Shown here piece after piece: positions 31,552-41,245 of a DNA stretch of 64,000 nt (its first letter is position 1; every line of letters begins with the position of its first letter). A program made the translations under genes and the position numbers. The stretch comes from Candidatus Cloacimonadota bacterium (GTDB lineage: Bacteria; Cloacimonadota; Cloacimonadia; G963667145), in assembly GCA_963667255.1 (NCBI GenBank), contig OY762940.1, forward strand, positions 1,024,001-1,088,000. The letters run 5' to 3'. The notes beneath the pieces are model-generated. The model saw only the letters and a program-made list of their open reading frames with translations, searched no databases and was not told the DNA's origin.

Positions 31552-32526
31552 ATGTTAAATGTTTTGAAAAATGATAAGACTTCTCTGGCGTTTGAGGTGA
31601 TAGGCTCTTACACTCACGACGATATGGAGACTATTGAGTTTTTGTTTGAGCAAAAAATTAAAATGGGTGCCAAAAAAATAAACATTCTGATAAAAATCGA
31701 TAAACTTTCTTTGGACAAGAAAACAATGCAACTTCTTCTCAAAGAAGCTGTTTACGCTTTCAAAAATCGCAAAAGATTTAGAAATATAGCTCTTGTGGGC
31801 AATTCGCAGGTTAAGAGAGCAATGTTCAAGCTAGATAAGATGGTTTTTAAAGACCAATCGAAAACTATGATTGAGAAGTATTTTGATGTGAAGCATATGA
31901 GCAAGGCGTGGTTGTTTTTGAAGAGTCCCAAAGAAAAATTGGTTTATGCAGGCGTGAAATGTTTTTTGAAATTCGGCTACTACGACACGACTATCAACAA
32001 GATTGCTAAGCGAGCCGGACTGACCAAAGGCGGGTTCTATCATCATTTTACCAGTAAGAAATCTATTTTTGTGGCGTGTGTTATCAATCTGTTGCAGAGT
32101 TGGGAAGAGATGCTGAAGCAGGTGGACGAAGAGAGTGAGGATAGTTATCATTTTTTGCAAAACTGTTTTGGAATGGCGAACAACTTGGAAGGTCAGCTTT
32201 TGCTGATGGAGGGAGCTAATTTTGATGCTGTTGTGTTCAATTACCAACAAATTTTGAACTTGGGAATTTTGACCAGTAAGCGAATAAAAAATGCTACGAT
32301 AAAAATCAAAGAGTCGTTTTATCTGACGATGAAGAAAAGGCTTGAGCAGGGACAGATTGATGGACAAATCAGGGAAGATATGGTTGTCAGTGATATTCTG
32401 ATTTTGCTTTTTTCTGCAATGAAAGGTATGCCGAGCGTGGCTTTGCTTTCCGAGAAAAAAGAGTTTGGTGTTGAGGTCAAAAAGTCGTTTTTAGCATTTT
32501 GGCAGTTGATAAAGGCTTTAGACTAA
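31552..32526 (+). CDS. STAS/SEC14 (SpoIIAA-like) domain fused to a TetR-family regulator
   Basis: N-terminal ~120 aa: LAFEVIG..THDD, NILIKI, RNIALVG, KYFD...AWLFL. Then the TetR HTH GYYDTTINKIAKRAGLTKGGFYHHFTSK. Confidence 0.8.
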   Translation: MLNVLKNDKTSLAFEVIGSYTHDDMETIEFLFEQKIKMGAKKINILIKIDKLSLDKKTMQLLLKEAVYAFKNRKRFRNIALVGNSQVKRAMFKLDKMVFKDQSKTMIEKYFDVKHMSKAWLFLKSPKEKLVYAGVKCFLKFGYYDTTINKIAKRAGLTKGGFYHHFTSKKSIFVACVINLLQSWEEMLKQVDEESEDSYHFLQNCFGMANNLEGQLLLMEGANFDAVVFNYQQILNLGILTSKRIKNATIKIKESFYLTMKKRLEQGQIDGQIREDMVVSDILILLFSAMKGMPSVALLSEKKEFGVEVKKSFLAFWQLIKALD

Positions 32527-32991
32527 ATCTCTGAGAAATTTCCCAAACAGTTTGTGTGTAAGAGATAGGAAGATTATACTTACGGCGAAGGCTATGGCAA
32601 CCTCTATGGATATTCCGCTGATTACGATTCCTAGAGTAGTGGCTGTTGCCGGTGGATGCTCGAAATCCAAGACAACCATTAGGAAGATAGCCAGTCCGAC
32701 TGAGCCGGCTGTGACCAAGGAAAGCAGTATTCCCGTTGCAGGAATGAACTGGTGGATGATTAACCCGATAAGGATGCAAGTAATCTGACCTCCAACCAAG
32801 TTTCTGGGTTGAGCGGAAATAGATTTGGGCATGGCAAACACGATGAAAGTGCTAGCTCCTATCGAGGCGACCACGATTATGTGTTGCATCTGAAGATAAG
32901 CCAAAACTAAGAAAATAGTCAATGAAGCCAAAAGCGACTGGATAATGTAGGCTTGCCAATTATCCCTGAACTCCTTGAAATTGAAAAGCAT
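32518..32991 (-). CDS. HPP family membrane protein
   Basis: ASIGAS, SAQPRNLVGG and EHPPA motifs. Confidence 0.9.
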   Translation of the reverse strand: MLFNFKEFRDNWQAYIIQSLLASLTIFLVLAYLQMQHIIVVASIGASTFIVFAMPKSISAQPRNLVGGQITCILIGLIIHQFIPATGILLSLVTAGSVGLAIFLMVVLDFEHPPATATTLGIVISGISIEVAIAFAVSIIFLSLTHKLFGKFLRDLV

Positions 32992-32994
32992 TCT

Positions 32995-33993
32995 TTACTC
33001 GTTTTTATTAGTTAATTTTGCAAACAAAATTGTCTCCGCAATGGCTATGGCAGCGATAGATTCCACAACGACTGCAGCTCGCAAAGTCAGGCAAGCATCG
33101 TGTCTGCCCACTATTTGCAAAGGCTCTATTTGTTTTTTCTCAAAATTGTAAGTGTTTTGCGGTTGTCCGATTGAGGGAGTCGGTTTGAAATGACAGCGAA
33201 ATACGATTTGATTTCCGTTACTGATTCCGCCTACGATTCCGCCATCGTTGTTGCCTGATGTTTCGCCGGTTTCATCGATGATTTTATCGTTGTTTTGACT
33301 GCCACTACTTAGGCTGACTTGGCTTCCTGCTCCGAACTCAATAGCTTTCAGTGCTGGTATAGAAAAAGCCAAATGTGCGATGTTGGATTCCAGAGAGCCG
33401 AAAAATGGCTCTCCTAAGCCGACAGGGACACCGTTAATTGTGGTTTTTACAGTTCCGCCCAAGGAGTCGTGAGATTTTTGAGCATCCAAAATCGCTTTTT
33501 CAATCTCATCAGGATTGGTAAATCCCCCGATGGCGATTATCTTGCTTTCTAATTTGATATTTTTGGCAATTTTCTTGGCAACAACTCCCGCAGCGACCAA
33601 GCACAGCGTAAGTCTGCCGGAAAAATGTCCGCCTCCTGACGGGTCGTTAAAGCCGTTAAATTTTCTATTTGCCACAAAATCGGCGTGCGAAGGTCTGGGA
33701 TGATTGACCAAATTGCTGTAATCTTTGCTCTTGGTGTTGTTGTTTGCAAAGAGAATGGTCAGAGGGTCGCCACTAGTGAAGCCGTTATGTGTTCCGCTCA
33801 CGATTTGCGGTGTGTCAGTTTCTATCCTCGGTGTCGTTCCCACTTTACCACTCTTGCGTCTATCCAAATCTTTGCTAAAATCCTCTTCGCTCAAGGGGAT
33901 GCCCGCAGGAATTCCGTCTATCGTGATTCCAACAAATTGACTGTGTGAACGCCCGAAGATGCTAAGTCTAAAATTTTGTCCGAATTGGTTCAT
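32995..33993 (-). CDS. aroC: Chorismate synthase
   Basis: G.SH, DLDRRK, TPRIE, RPSHAD, GGGHFSGRLT, DSLGG, NNDGGIVGGISNG, KPTPSI and GRHDAC motifs. Confidence 0.95.
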   Translation of the reverse strand: MNQFGQNFRLSIFGRSHSQFVGITIDGIPAGIPLSEEDFSKDLDRRKSGKVGTTPRIETDTPQIVSGTHNGFTSGDPLTILFANNNTKSKDYSNLVNHPRPSHADFVANRKFNGFNDPSGGGHFSGRLTLCLVAAGVVAKKIAKNIKLESKIIAIGGFTNPDEIEKAILDAQKSHDSLGGTVKTTINGVPVGLGEPFFGSLESNIAHLAFSIPALKAIEFGAGSQVSLSSGSQNNDKIIDETGETSGNNDGGIVGGISNGNQIVFRCHFKPTPSIGQPQNTYNFEKKQIEPLQIVGRHDACLTLRAAVVVESIAAIAIAETILFAKLTNKNE

Positions 33994-34659
33994 TTATTGC
34001 CTTCCTAATTTTAATTTTGGATTGTTCAAAATCCATCTGTCCGCTAACTCGCAGGTCAACCAAACAAAGCCGAATGCCCACAGGCAATCGCTGAAAAAAT
34101 GTGCTCCTTGGACTATTCTCGTGCAACTCATCAAAATGCCGTAAGCAATTCCTCCAAAAAAGCACCAATTAGCAACTTTTTTGTTTCTCCGTCTGAAAAC
34201 ATAATATAAACTTATGAAATAGAAGGCGATAGATGAGTGACCAGAAGGGAAAGAGTGCCCATTTTGGTCGGAATAAACCCAAACTTTGCAAAAATGTTTT
34301 TCTCCGTTGAATTGCTCTATCTGTCGTGGTCTTGGTCTGCCGTAATTTTCTTTGAAGATTGAGTTCACAATAAGCCCCGGTCCCAGCAAAATCACAACGA
34401 CCAAGAACAAGCATTGTTTTCTAAATCTCATCAGAGAGTCCCTAAAAAAACCGATTACAAATATCAGCAGTGCTATTACTCCGAGGGAGTTCGGAGCCCA
34501 AACGCCCCAGTTTTTTATCTGTATCCAAGGAGTTTCATTTTCAAATGTCCAGCCATTATCGTAAAAATAGTTGCTGACAAGTAAATCGATGGGAGTAAAC
34601 CACGCCACCAAAGTTCCTATGAAAAGTAACAGAATAATTATCAAATTTCTTTTTGACAA
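33994..34659 (-). CDS. PAP2-family phosphatase (lipid A 4'-phosphatase LpxF-like)
   Basis: FKENYGRPRP, SFPSGH and TRIVQGAHFFSD motifs; multiple TMs; TTG start with AGGAG RBS. Confidence 0.85.
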   Translation of the reverse strand: MSKRNLIIILLLFIGTLVAWFTPIDLLVSNYFYDNGWTFENETPWIQIKNWGVWAPNSLGVIALLIFVIGFFRDSLMRFRKQCLFLVVVILLGPGLIVNSIFKENYGRPRPRQIEQFNGEKHFCKVWVYSDQNGHSFPSGHSSIAFYFISLYYVFRRRNKKVANWCFFGGIAYGILMSCTRIVQGAHFFSDCLWAFGFVWLTCELADRWILNNPKLKLGRQ

Positions 34660-34757
34660 AAAATCTCCTTTAAATCTTTATAAAAGCGACAACAATCCTT
34701 GCGATTAGAGGATTTTTAAATTTAGATTTTATTCAAAAAATAGTGGAGAGCCAAATT

Positions 34758-36692
34758 ATGCAAGAAAAAAGTTTAGTTGAAGTAGCCAAAGATATCAGAG
34801 CGAATATTCTCATCGCTCTACATTGTTCCGGTTCGGGTCATAGCGGAGGGAGTTTGTCAGGAGTGGAGCTGATGCTCGGAGCGTATAACAAGATGAAACA
34901 TAATCCGAAAAATCCCGATTGGGCGGACAGAGACAGATTTTATCTCTCTGCTGGTCATAAAGCACCTCTATGGTATGTGGTTTTGGCGGAATTTGGATAT
35001 TTTGCGATGAGTGAAGTAGCGACTTTGCGGAAATTGGGCAGTCCTTTTCAGGGACATCCCGATTGTCACAAAGTTCCTGGTGTGGAGCTTTCTTGCGGTT
35101 CTCTAGGGCAAGGTCTGTCTGTGGCTGTTGGCGATGCGTGTGCCGCCAAAATGAACGATAAAGACCGCAGTATTTTTTGCCTGATGGGTGATGGCGAACA
35201 ACAGGAAGGGCAAATTTGGGAGGCGGTGATGGCTGCCAGTCATCACAAATTGGATAATTTGATAGGAATAGTAGATAAAAATGGCTTGCAAATCGATGGT
35301 GCTGTGGACGATGTGATGAGTTTGGGAGATTTGTCGGCTAAATACAAAGCTTTTGGTTGGGAAGTTTTTGAGTGTGATGGACACGATATTGACGAAGTGC
35401 TTGTAGCTTATGACAAGGCTTTGGCTGTAAAAGGGAAGCCTTCGGTTATTATTGCCAAGACTGTAAAAGGCAAAGGTGTGAGCTTTATGGAAAATCAGGC
35501 TGGATGGCATGGCAAGACTCCGAATAGGGAAGAGTTGGATAAGGCTTTGGTGGAAATCGGCTCTGAGGGAATTGGAGTGGAAAAGATGTTGAAAGTTTCT
35601 GCTGATTTTCAAAATGGCGTGCAAACCAAACTTGAAGAGAGAATACCGAAATTCAGTCGCAATTATTGGTGGAACGAGCAAGACATAATGAAAGTGGAGA
35701 TGAAAGCGACTCGAGCAGGGTTTGGCAAGGCTTTGGCGGACACCAAAAACGAGAAAGTTTGCACCATCGGTTCTGATTTGTCCGGCTCGGTTAAGATTGA
35801 CCAATTTACCAAAAATCGTGCGGATAGGGAAAAGAGGTTTTTTTCTATGGGGATTGCCGAACAAAGCGGAACTTCCGTGGCGGCAGGTATGAGCAAGGAC
35901 GGCGACATTCCTTTTTATAGCAGTTTCGGGATGTTTACATCCGGTAGAGCTTACGACCAATTGCACACTTCCGTGGCGTATGGTGGGATGAATGCCAAGA
36001 TTGCGGCTTCACATTCTGGCATCACAGTGGGCGAAGATGGAGCCACCCATCAAGCGTTGGAAGATTTGGGTATTATCGGTTATTTGCCAGGAATTACATT
36101 TTTGACTCCGGCTGACTATCATCAAACTGCCAAAGCGACTGAGACTGCAATCGACATCAAAGGTCCAGTTTATATTCGCTACGGGAGAGTGGACACGCCG
36201 TCCATAACCGATGAAAGCACTCCGTTCGAGGTTGGCAGAGCCACTCTTTACAAATTTCTGGGCGAGGCGGACAATTTTACGGACGCTTTTTCGTGTGAAT
36301 TTGCCGACCAAGCTGATGTGAAAGCCGTTGATGTTTGTTTGGTTGCCTTGGGGATAATGGTGCCGGAGGCTCTCAGAGCAGCTTGGATTTTGCATAGCGA
36401 ATTTGGCTTGAAAGCGGTTGTCCTCAACTACTCCAGTATAAAACCTTTCGATGTTAAGGCGTTGCAAACTTGCGATAAAGCAACCGCTGTGGTAACAGCG
36501 GAAGAGCACCAAAAAGGTGGTTTCGGCAACATGGTAGCTGGACATCTTTTGGAGATGGGTTGCAAGGCGAAATTCGGGATGATAGGTGTGGAGGACAGCT
36601 TCGGTCAGTCTGCTGCTCCGTGGGAACTGATGAAGCACTACGGATTGACAGCGGAGTTTATCGCCGAAAAAGCTAAAAATCTTTTGAAATAG
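34758..36692 (+). CDS. tkt: Transketolase (single chain)
   Basis: GHSGGSLS, LSAGHKAP, QGHP, GSLGQGLS, GDGEQQEG...N (ThDP motif), GIAEQ, GEDGATHQ and AEEH motifs. Confidence 0.92.
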   Translation: MQEKSLVEVAKDIRANILIALHCSGSGHSGGSLSGVELMLGAYNKMKHNPKNPDWADRDRFYLSAGHKAPLWYVVLAEFGYFAMSEVATLRKLGSPFQGHPDCHKVPGVELSCGSLGQGLSVAVGDACAAKMNDKDRSIFCLMGDGEQQEGQIWEAVMAASHHKLDNLIGIVDKNGLQIDGAVDDVMSLGDLSAKYKAFGWEVFECDGHDIDEVLVAYDKALAVKGKPSVIIAKTVKGKGVSFMENQAGWHGKTPNREELDKALVEIGSEGIGVEKMLKVSADFQNGVQTKLEERIPKFSRNYWWNEQDIMKVEMKATRAGFGKALADTKNEKVCTIGSDLSGSVKIDQFTKNRADREKRFFSMGIAEQSGTSVAAGMSKDGDIPFYSSFGMFTSGRAYDQLHTSVAYGGMNAKIAASHSGITVGEDGATHQALEDLGIIGYLPGITFLTPADYHQTAKATETAIDIKGPVYIRYGRVDTPSITDESTPFEVGRATLYKFLGEADNFTDAFSCEFADQADVKAVDVCLVALGIMVPEALRAAWILHSEFGLKAVVLNYSSIKPFDVKALQTCDKATAVVTAEEHQKGGFGNMVAGHLLEMGCKAKFGMIGVEDSFGQSAAPWELMKHYGLTAEFIAEKAKNLLK

Positions 36693-36708
36693 TTTTATTT
36701 GAGGGGAA

Positions 36709-38034
36709 ATGAATATTATTCGTAACGCAGAGGTAAATGGTCGGCTCGTTGACATCGCTTTTGATGACAAAATAAGGCAAATCAGTTTTAAGACAATTGA
36801 GGGCGAGTTTGAGACCGTTTACGATTTGGAGGGCAAATTTCTTATCCCTGGGGGAATAGACCCGCATGTCCATTTCAATCAGCCCGGATTCACCGATAGA
36901 GAAGATTTCTCGACAGGTTCCGCTTCAGCCATAGCCGGAGGAGTGACCACCGTAATAGATATGCCCTGCACGAGTTTGCCCCCGATTATTAGCGTGGAAA
37001 ATTATGAAAACAAATATAGCGTCATCAAAAATACCTCTTATGTTGATTTTGCTTTTTGGGGAGGTATCACTGGTGACGGCTACGATAAGAAAACCGTAGA
37101 GAGACTCTGGGAGCACGGAGTTGTCGGATTTAAGCTATACACTATCTCAGGAATGGATACTTACAAAGCGACTTCGTATGGACTACTAAGGCAAATTTTT
37201 GCTGATTTTACGGAGAGCGATAAACTCTTCGCCTTCCATGCGGAGGATGCTCAGATTATCGCCAAATCTTTGGATAAATTCACAGGAGAGCAGTTGGCAA
37301 AATGGGAAAATTATGTTCCTTCCAGACCTTCCGAGGCGGAGATAACGGCTGTGAACAAAATCATCGAATCTATGCAATCCAACAAAGTTCATTTTGTTCA
37401 TATCTCTACGGAAGATGCGGCGAAATTGATTTTTGATGCCAAAGGAAACGGGAAAAATGTTTCGCTGGAGACCTGCCCTCACTATTTGCAATTCACCAAG
37501 GAAGATTATGAGCAATTGCTTGGCAGACTGAAAACAGCACCTTCCGTAAAAGGTGAGGCGGATAAAAATTTCTTGCGGGAGAATTTGAGTGAAATAGACT
37601 TCATCGCAACAGACCATGCCGGATGTATCTGGGAAACGGAAAAAGATTTGTCCGATTTTTCCAAAGTCTATTGTGGTATCCCCGGTGTGCAAACTTTTTT
37701 GTCGTTTGTAATTGATGAATTTTATCTTAGAGGCAAGATTTCTTACGACGAATTGGTGCGGTTGACCAGTCGGGGTGCTGCCAAGAGATATGGACTCTAT
37801 CCTCGCAAGGGAGCTTTGGAAATCGGAGCAGATGCTGATTTTGCAATATTCGATTTAAAAAAGTGTCATACATTGAGGAAAGAAGATTTGCTTTGTAAGG
37901 GCAAATACTCTCCATTTGAGGGAAGAGAGTTTGGTTGTAGTTTAGTTCAAACTTTTTTGAGAGGCAGATTGATTTACGATGGTTCGTTGTTACAGGACAG
38001 AGTTCACGGTGAATTATTGAAGAGGGAAAATTAA
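36709..38034 (+). CDS. Cyclic amidohydrolase, allantoinase/dihydroorotase family (allantoinase-like)
   Basis: PGGIDPHVHFNQPG, GGVTTVIDMP, GFK, FHAED, HFVHIS, ETCPHYL and TDHA motifs. HFNQPG (no Arg) favours allantoinase/hydantoinase over dihydroorotase. Confidence 0.85.
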   Translation: MNIIRNAEVNGRLVDIAFDDKIRQISFKTIEGEFETVYDLEGKFLIPGGIDPHVHFNQPGFTDREDFSTGSASAIAGGVTTVIDMPCTSLPPIISVENYENKYSVIKNTSYVDFAFWGGITGDGYDKKTVERLWEHGVVGFKLYTISGMDTYKATSYGLLRQIFADFTESDKLFAFHAEDAQIIAKSLDKFTGEQLAKWENYVPSRPSEAEITAVNKIIESMQSNKVHFVHISTEDAAKLIFDAKGNGKNVSLETCPHYLQFTKEDYEQLLGRLKTAPSVKGEADKNFLRENLSEIDFIATDHAGCIWETEKDLSDFSKVYCGIPGVQTFLSFVIDEFYLRGKISYDELVRLTSRGAAKRYGLYPRKGALEIGADADFAIFDLKKCHTLRKEDLLCKGKYSPFEGREFGCSLVQTFLRGRLIYDGSLLQDRVHGELLKREN

Positions 38035-38153
38035 TTTTACTTCGATTTGGTTGAATTTCGGTCAGATTTCAAACAAAGTCACAAAAAAGACTTGTCATTG
38101 CTCACGAACTTTTTTTCTTGGAATGAAAATCATGATTTAAGGAGATACTTAAG

Positions 38154-38345
38154 ATGTCGAGAAAATGTGATGTTTGCGGTAAGGTAGCTCAAGTAGGTAA
38201 TAATAGATCTCATGCTTTAAATAAAACTAAAAGAAGATTTAAGCCTAATTTGCACTCTATGAAAGCCATTGTGGATTCTGAAGTTAAGAAAATTAAGGTT
38301 TGCAGTTCTTGCTTACGAGCCGGCAAAGTAGAAAAAGTGGTATAG
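38154..38345 (+). CDS. rpmB: 50S ribosomal protein L28 (zinc-binding form)
   Basis: [26 protein letters not shown] and KVCSSCLR motifs. Confidence 0.96.
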   Translation: MSRKCDVCGKVAQVGNNRSHALNKTKRRFKPNLHSMKAIVDSEVKKIKVCSSCLRAGKVEKVV

Positions 38346-38364
38346 TTTTCATAAGGGAGATATT

Positions 38365-38853
38365 TTGAAGAAAGTTCTAAGTTTTGCGATTTTTTTGGTG
38401 CTGGGTTCTTTGTTATTTGCAGATGGACCTAAAATAGTAACAATAAACACTTCTGAAATTGCGGAGAAATCTGCCGAGATTATCAAAGCTCGGGAAGCTT
38501 TTCAGAGAGATTACAAGAGACAAGTTGCCAAGATAGAGAGTTTGGAAACCGAAATTAAGGAGTTGCAAGCTAAATATCAAAAAGCCAGTAAGACAGCTAC
38601 TGAAGCTGAAATTAAGACGATGGAAGAAGACCTTCAACGAAAAGTAAGCAATTATCAGGCTCTTTCCAAAAAAGCTCAAGAAAACTTATCTAAAAAACAA
38701 GAAGAGCTTTTGCAACCGATTTTGGATAAGGTCGATAAGATTGCCCGTGAAAATGGTTACGATTTGGTTTTTGATGTTGTTTCCGGTAAGATTGTTTTTT
38801 CCAGTGAAAAATATGATGTCACTCAAAAAATGCTGAAAGAACTAAATAAATAA
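38365..38853 (+). CDS. skp: OmpH/Skp outer-membrane chaperone
   Basis: Signal peptide, coiled coil, GYDLVFD...YDVT; lies upstream of lpxD. Confidence 0.9.
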   Translation: MKKVLSFAIFLVLGSLLFADGPKIVTINTSEIAEKSAEIIKAREAFQRDYKRQVAKIESLETEIKELQAKYQKASKTATEAEIKTMEEDLQRKVSNYQALSKKAQENLSKKQEELLQPILDKVDKIARENGYDLVFDVVSGKIVFSSEKYDVTQKMLKELNK

Positions 38854-38866
38854 TTTTGATACTGAT

Positions 38867-39835
38867 ATGAAAAAGTTTAGCTTTAAGAGGTCCGCCCGCG
38901 AGATAGCCGGCGGACTTTCTTTGTTATTGGAGGGGAACAATTCTGCTAATGTGGAAATTGATAATGTTTCCACTCTGCTGGAAGCCGACGAGAACTCTTT
39001 GTGCTTCTACCAAGATGCCAAATACAAGGATGAACTTTTGGCGAGCAAAGCAGGCTTGGTGTTGGTTCCTGCGGATTTTGATTTGCAGATTGGTTCAAGT
39101 TTTATCAAAACAGATAAACCATATTTTACTTTTTTGCAGATAATTAAAACTGTTTTTTTGCAAGAGCAGAAATCTGAAATCAGTCCAAGCTCTGTTATTC
39201 ACGAGAGTGCCGTAATAGGCGAAGGTGCTTCCATAGCTGAGTTCGTCAGTATCGGAGCGAATGTTACTATCGGCAAAAATGCTCTGATTTATCCTAATGT
39301 TACCATTTATGAAGATACGGCAATCGGAGACGGCGTTATTCTTCACTCGGGAGTTGTTTTGGGTGCTGATGGTTTTGGATTTTTGTATCAAGATGGGAAG
39401 CAACACAAAATACCGCAATTGGGCAAGGTGATAATTGGCAACGATGTGGAAATCGGTGCGGGAACTACTATCGATAGAGGCACTTTGGGGGCGACGACTA
39501 TCGGCGATGGCACGAAGATTGATAATTTGGTGCAGATAGGGCACAATTGTCAAGTCGGCAAAAATTGTTGCATTTGCTCACAAGTTGGTCTTGCGGGGAA
39601 CACAAAGGTAGGCGATTTGGTCTATATGGCTGGTCAAGTGGGAGTTGCGGGGCATTTGTCTATCGGCAACTATACCAGAATTGGAGCGAAATCGGGGGTG
39701 ATGAATAGTGTTCCCGATAATTCGGAAATTTGGGGAATCCCGACTGTTGATGCCAAAGACCAAAAGAGAATTATTGTGGCTATGAGACAATTGCCGAAGG
39801 TGCTTCCCAAATTAAAGAAATTATTAAAAGATTAG
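38867..39835 (+). CDS. lpxD: UDP-3-O-(3-hydroxymyristoyl)glucosamine N-acyltransferase
   Basis: Hexapeptide repeats with GADGFGF, KIPQLG, TTIDRG and [11 protein letters not shown] motifs. Confidence 0.97.
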   Translation: MKKFSFKRSAREIAGGLSLLLEGNNSANVEIDNVSTLLEADENSLCFYQDAKYKDELLASKAGLVLVPADFDLQIGSSFIKTDKPYFTFLQIIKTVFLQEQKSEISPSSVIHESAVIGEGASIAEFVSIGANVTIGKNALIYPNVTIYEDTAIGDGVILHSGVVLGADGFGFLYQDGKQHKIPQLGKVIIGNDVEIGAGTTIDRGTLGATTIGDGTKIDNLVQIGHNCQVGKNCCICSQVGLAGNTKVGDLVYMAGQVGVAGHLSIGNYTRIGAKSGVMNSVPDNSEIWGIPTVDAKDQKRIIVAMRQLPKVLPKLKKLLKD

Positions 39836-39847
39836 AAGGTTTGTAAG

Positions 39848-41245
39848 ATGGCTATAGAGAGGGAAAAAACTATAAGAAAAATTAGTGAGAGCTATACGGG
39901 TGTTGGTCTTCATTTGGGAGAAATGGCAACCGTGCGGTTTACTCCCGCAGGAGAAAAAACCGGAATAGTTTTCAGGAGAATAGACATCGACGGCTCGCCC
40001 GAAATTTTGGCTGATATTGACCATGTAGTTGATATTTCCAGAGGGACTACTATCAGTAACGGCAAGGTTTCTGTGGCAACCACCGAGCATATTTTGGCTG
40101 CTGTGAAAGGTGTGGATATTGACAATATTATCATCGAGATAGACGGTCCCGAGGTTCCAGTTGCCGATGGTAGTGCCAAGCCTTTTGTGCAGATGCTGAA
40201 TAAAGCTGGGATTATTGAGCAGGAATCGGAGAGGGAGTATTTTGGGCTTGTTGAGCCCGTGAGTTACTCTTCGGCGGAGGATAATGTTGATATTATCATT
40301 ACGCCTTCCGATAAACTCAAAATCACTTTTATGGTTGATTACAATCATCCTTGCGTTCCTACTCAATACACTTGGTTTCCTTCTTTGGATTACTTCCAAG
40401 AGGAGTTTGCACCGGCTCGGACTTTTTGCTTTGTAAGCGAGATAATTATGTTGAAAGAAGCCGGTCTTATCAAGGGTGGTTCTTTGGACACGGCTGTGGT
40501 GGTGGCTGACCCTAAAAATGATGTTGATGAGATTAAGAAACTTGAGAAGTTGTTTGGTTACGATAATCCGATAAAGGTTGATGAGAACGGACTTCTCAAT
40601 GGCACGAAGTTGCGATTTTATAATGAGTTTGTTAGGCATAAAGCCCTTGACCTCATTGGCGATTTGGCTCTTCTCGGTGTTCCTATCAGGGGGCATATTT
40701 TGGCTGCGAGATCAGGGCACAAGACCAACATTGCGTTGATAAAAAAACTTCGTGGGATTTATCAAAAACAACAATTGGAAAAGAAATTCCAAGAAAATAG
40801 GACCAAGGGAATTGTTTTTGATAGTGATGCTATTCAAAAAATTTTACCTCACAGATACCCTTTTATGTTGGTTGATAAAATCATAGAGTTTGAAGTTGGG
40901 AAAAGAATTGTCGGAATTAAAAATGTCACTTTCAACGAGCCGTTTTTTGAAGGACATTTCCCTGGAAAATCGATAATGCCTGGTGTTCTTATTGTTGAGG
41001 CGATGGCACAGACCGGAGGTCTGATGCTCTTGAATGCCGAAGAAGATCCGAGTAGTAAACTTGTTTTATTTGCTGGTATCGACAAAGTTCGTTTCCGCAG
41101 TTTGGTAAAGCCCGGAGATACTTTGCGTTTGGAGTTGAGTGTTATTTCGATTCGCAGAAATCTTTGCAAAATGGCAGGAAAAGCTTTTGTTGGCAGTAGA
41201 TTAGCCACCGAAGCGGAACTAATGGCACAGGTGGTGGATAAATGA
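39848..41245 (+). CDS. lpxC: Bifunctional LpxC/FabZ
   Basis: LpxC part: GVGLHLG, TEHILAA, APARTF, RHKALDLIGDL, SGH. FabZ part: LPHRYPFMLVD, FEGHFPG, PGVLIVEAMAQ. Confidence 0.96.
   Translation: MAIEREKTIRKISESYTGVGLHLGEMATVRFTPAGEKTGIVFRRIDIDGSPEILADIDHVVDISRGTTISNGKVSVATTEHILAAVKGVDIDNIIIEIDGPEVPVADGSAKPFVQMLNKAGIIEQESEREYFGLVEPVSYSSAEDNVDIIITPSDKLKITFMVDYNHPCVPTQYTWFPSLDYFQEEFAPARTFCFVSEIIMLKEAGLIKGGSLDTAVVVADPKNDVDEIKKLEKLFGYDNPIKVDENGLLNGTKLRFYNEFVRHKALDLIGDLALLGVPIRGHILAARSGHKTNIALIKKLRGIYQKQQLEKKFQENRTKGIVFDSDAIQKILPHRYPFMLVDKIIEFEVGKRIVGIKNVTFNEPFFEGHFPGKSIMPGVLIVEAMAQTGGLMLLNAEEDPSSKLVLFAGIDKVRFRSLVKPGDTLRLELSVISIRRNLCKMAGKAFVGSRLATEAELMAQVVDK

Noticed and set aside
33930..33960. aroC GRSHS variant of the GESHG motif as a sign of inactivation
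   Set aside because: The Ser-His pair and all other chorismate synthase motifs are intact.
39848..41245. LpxC-FabZ fusion as a novelty
   Set aside because: It is well known in Bacteroidota and related lineages; used only as a taxonomic hint.
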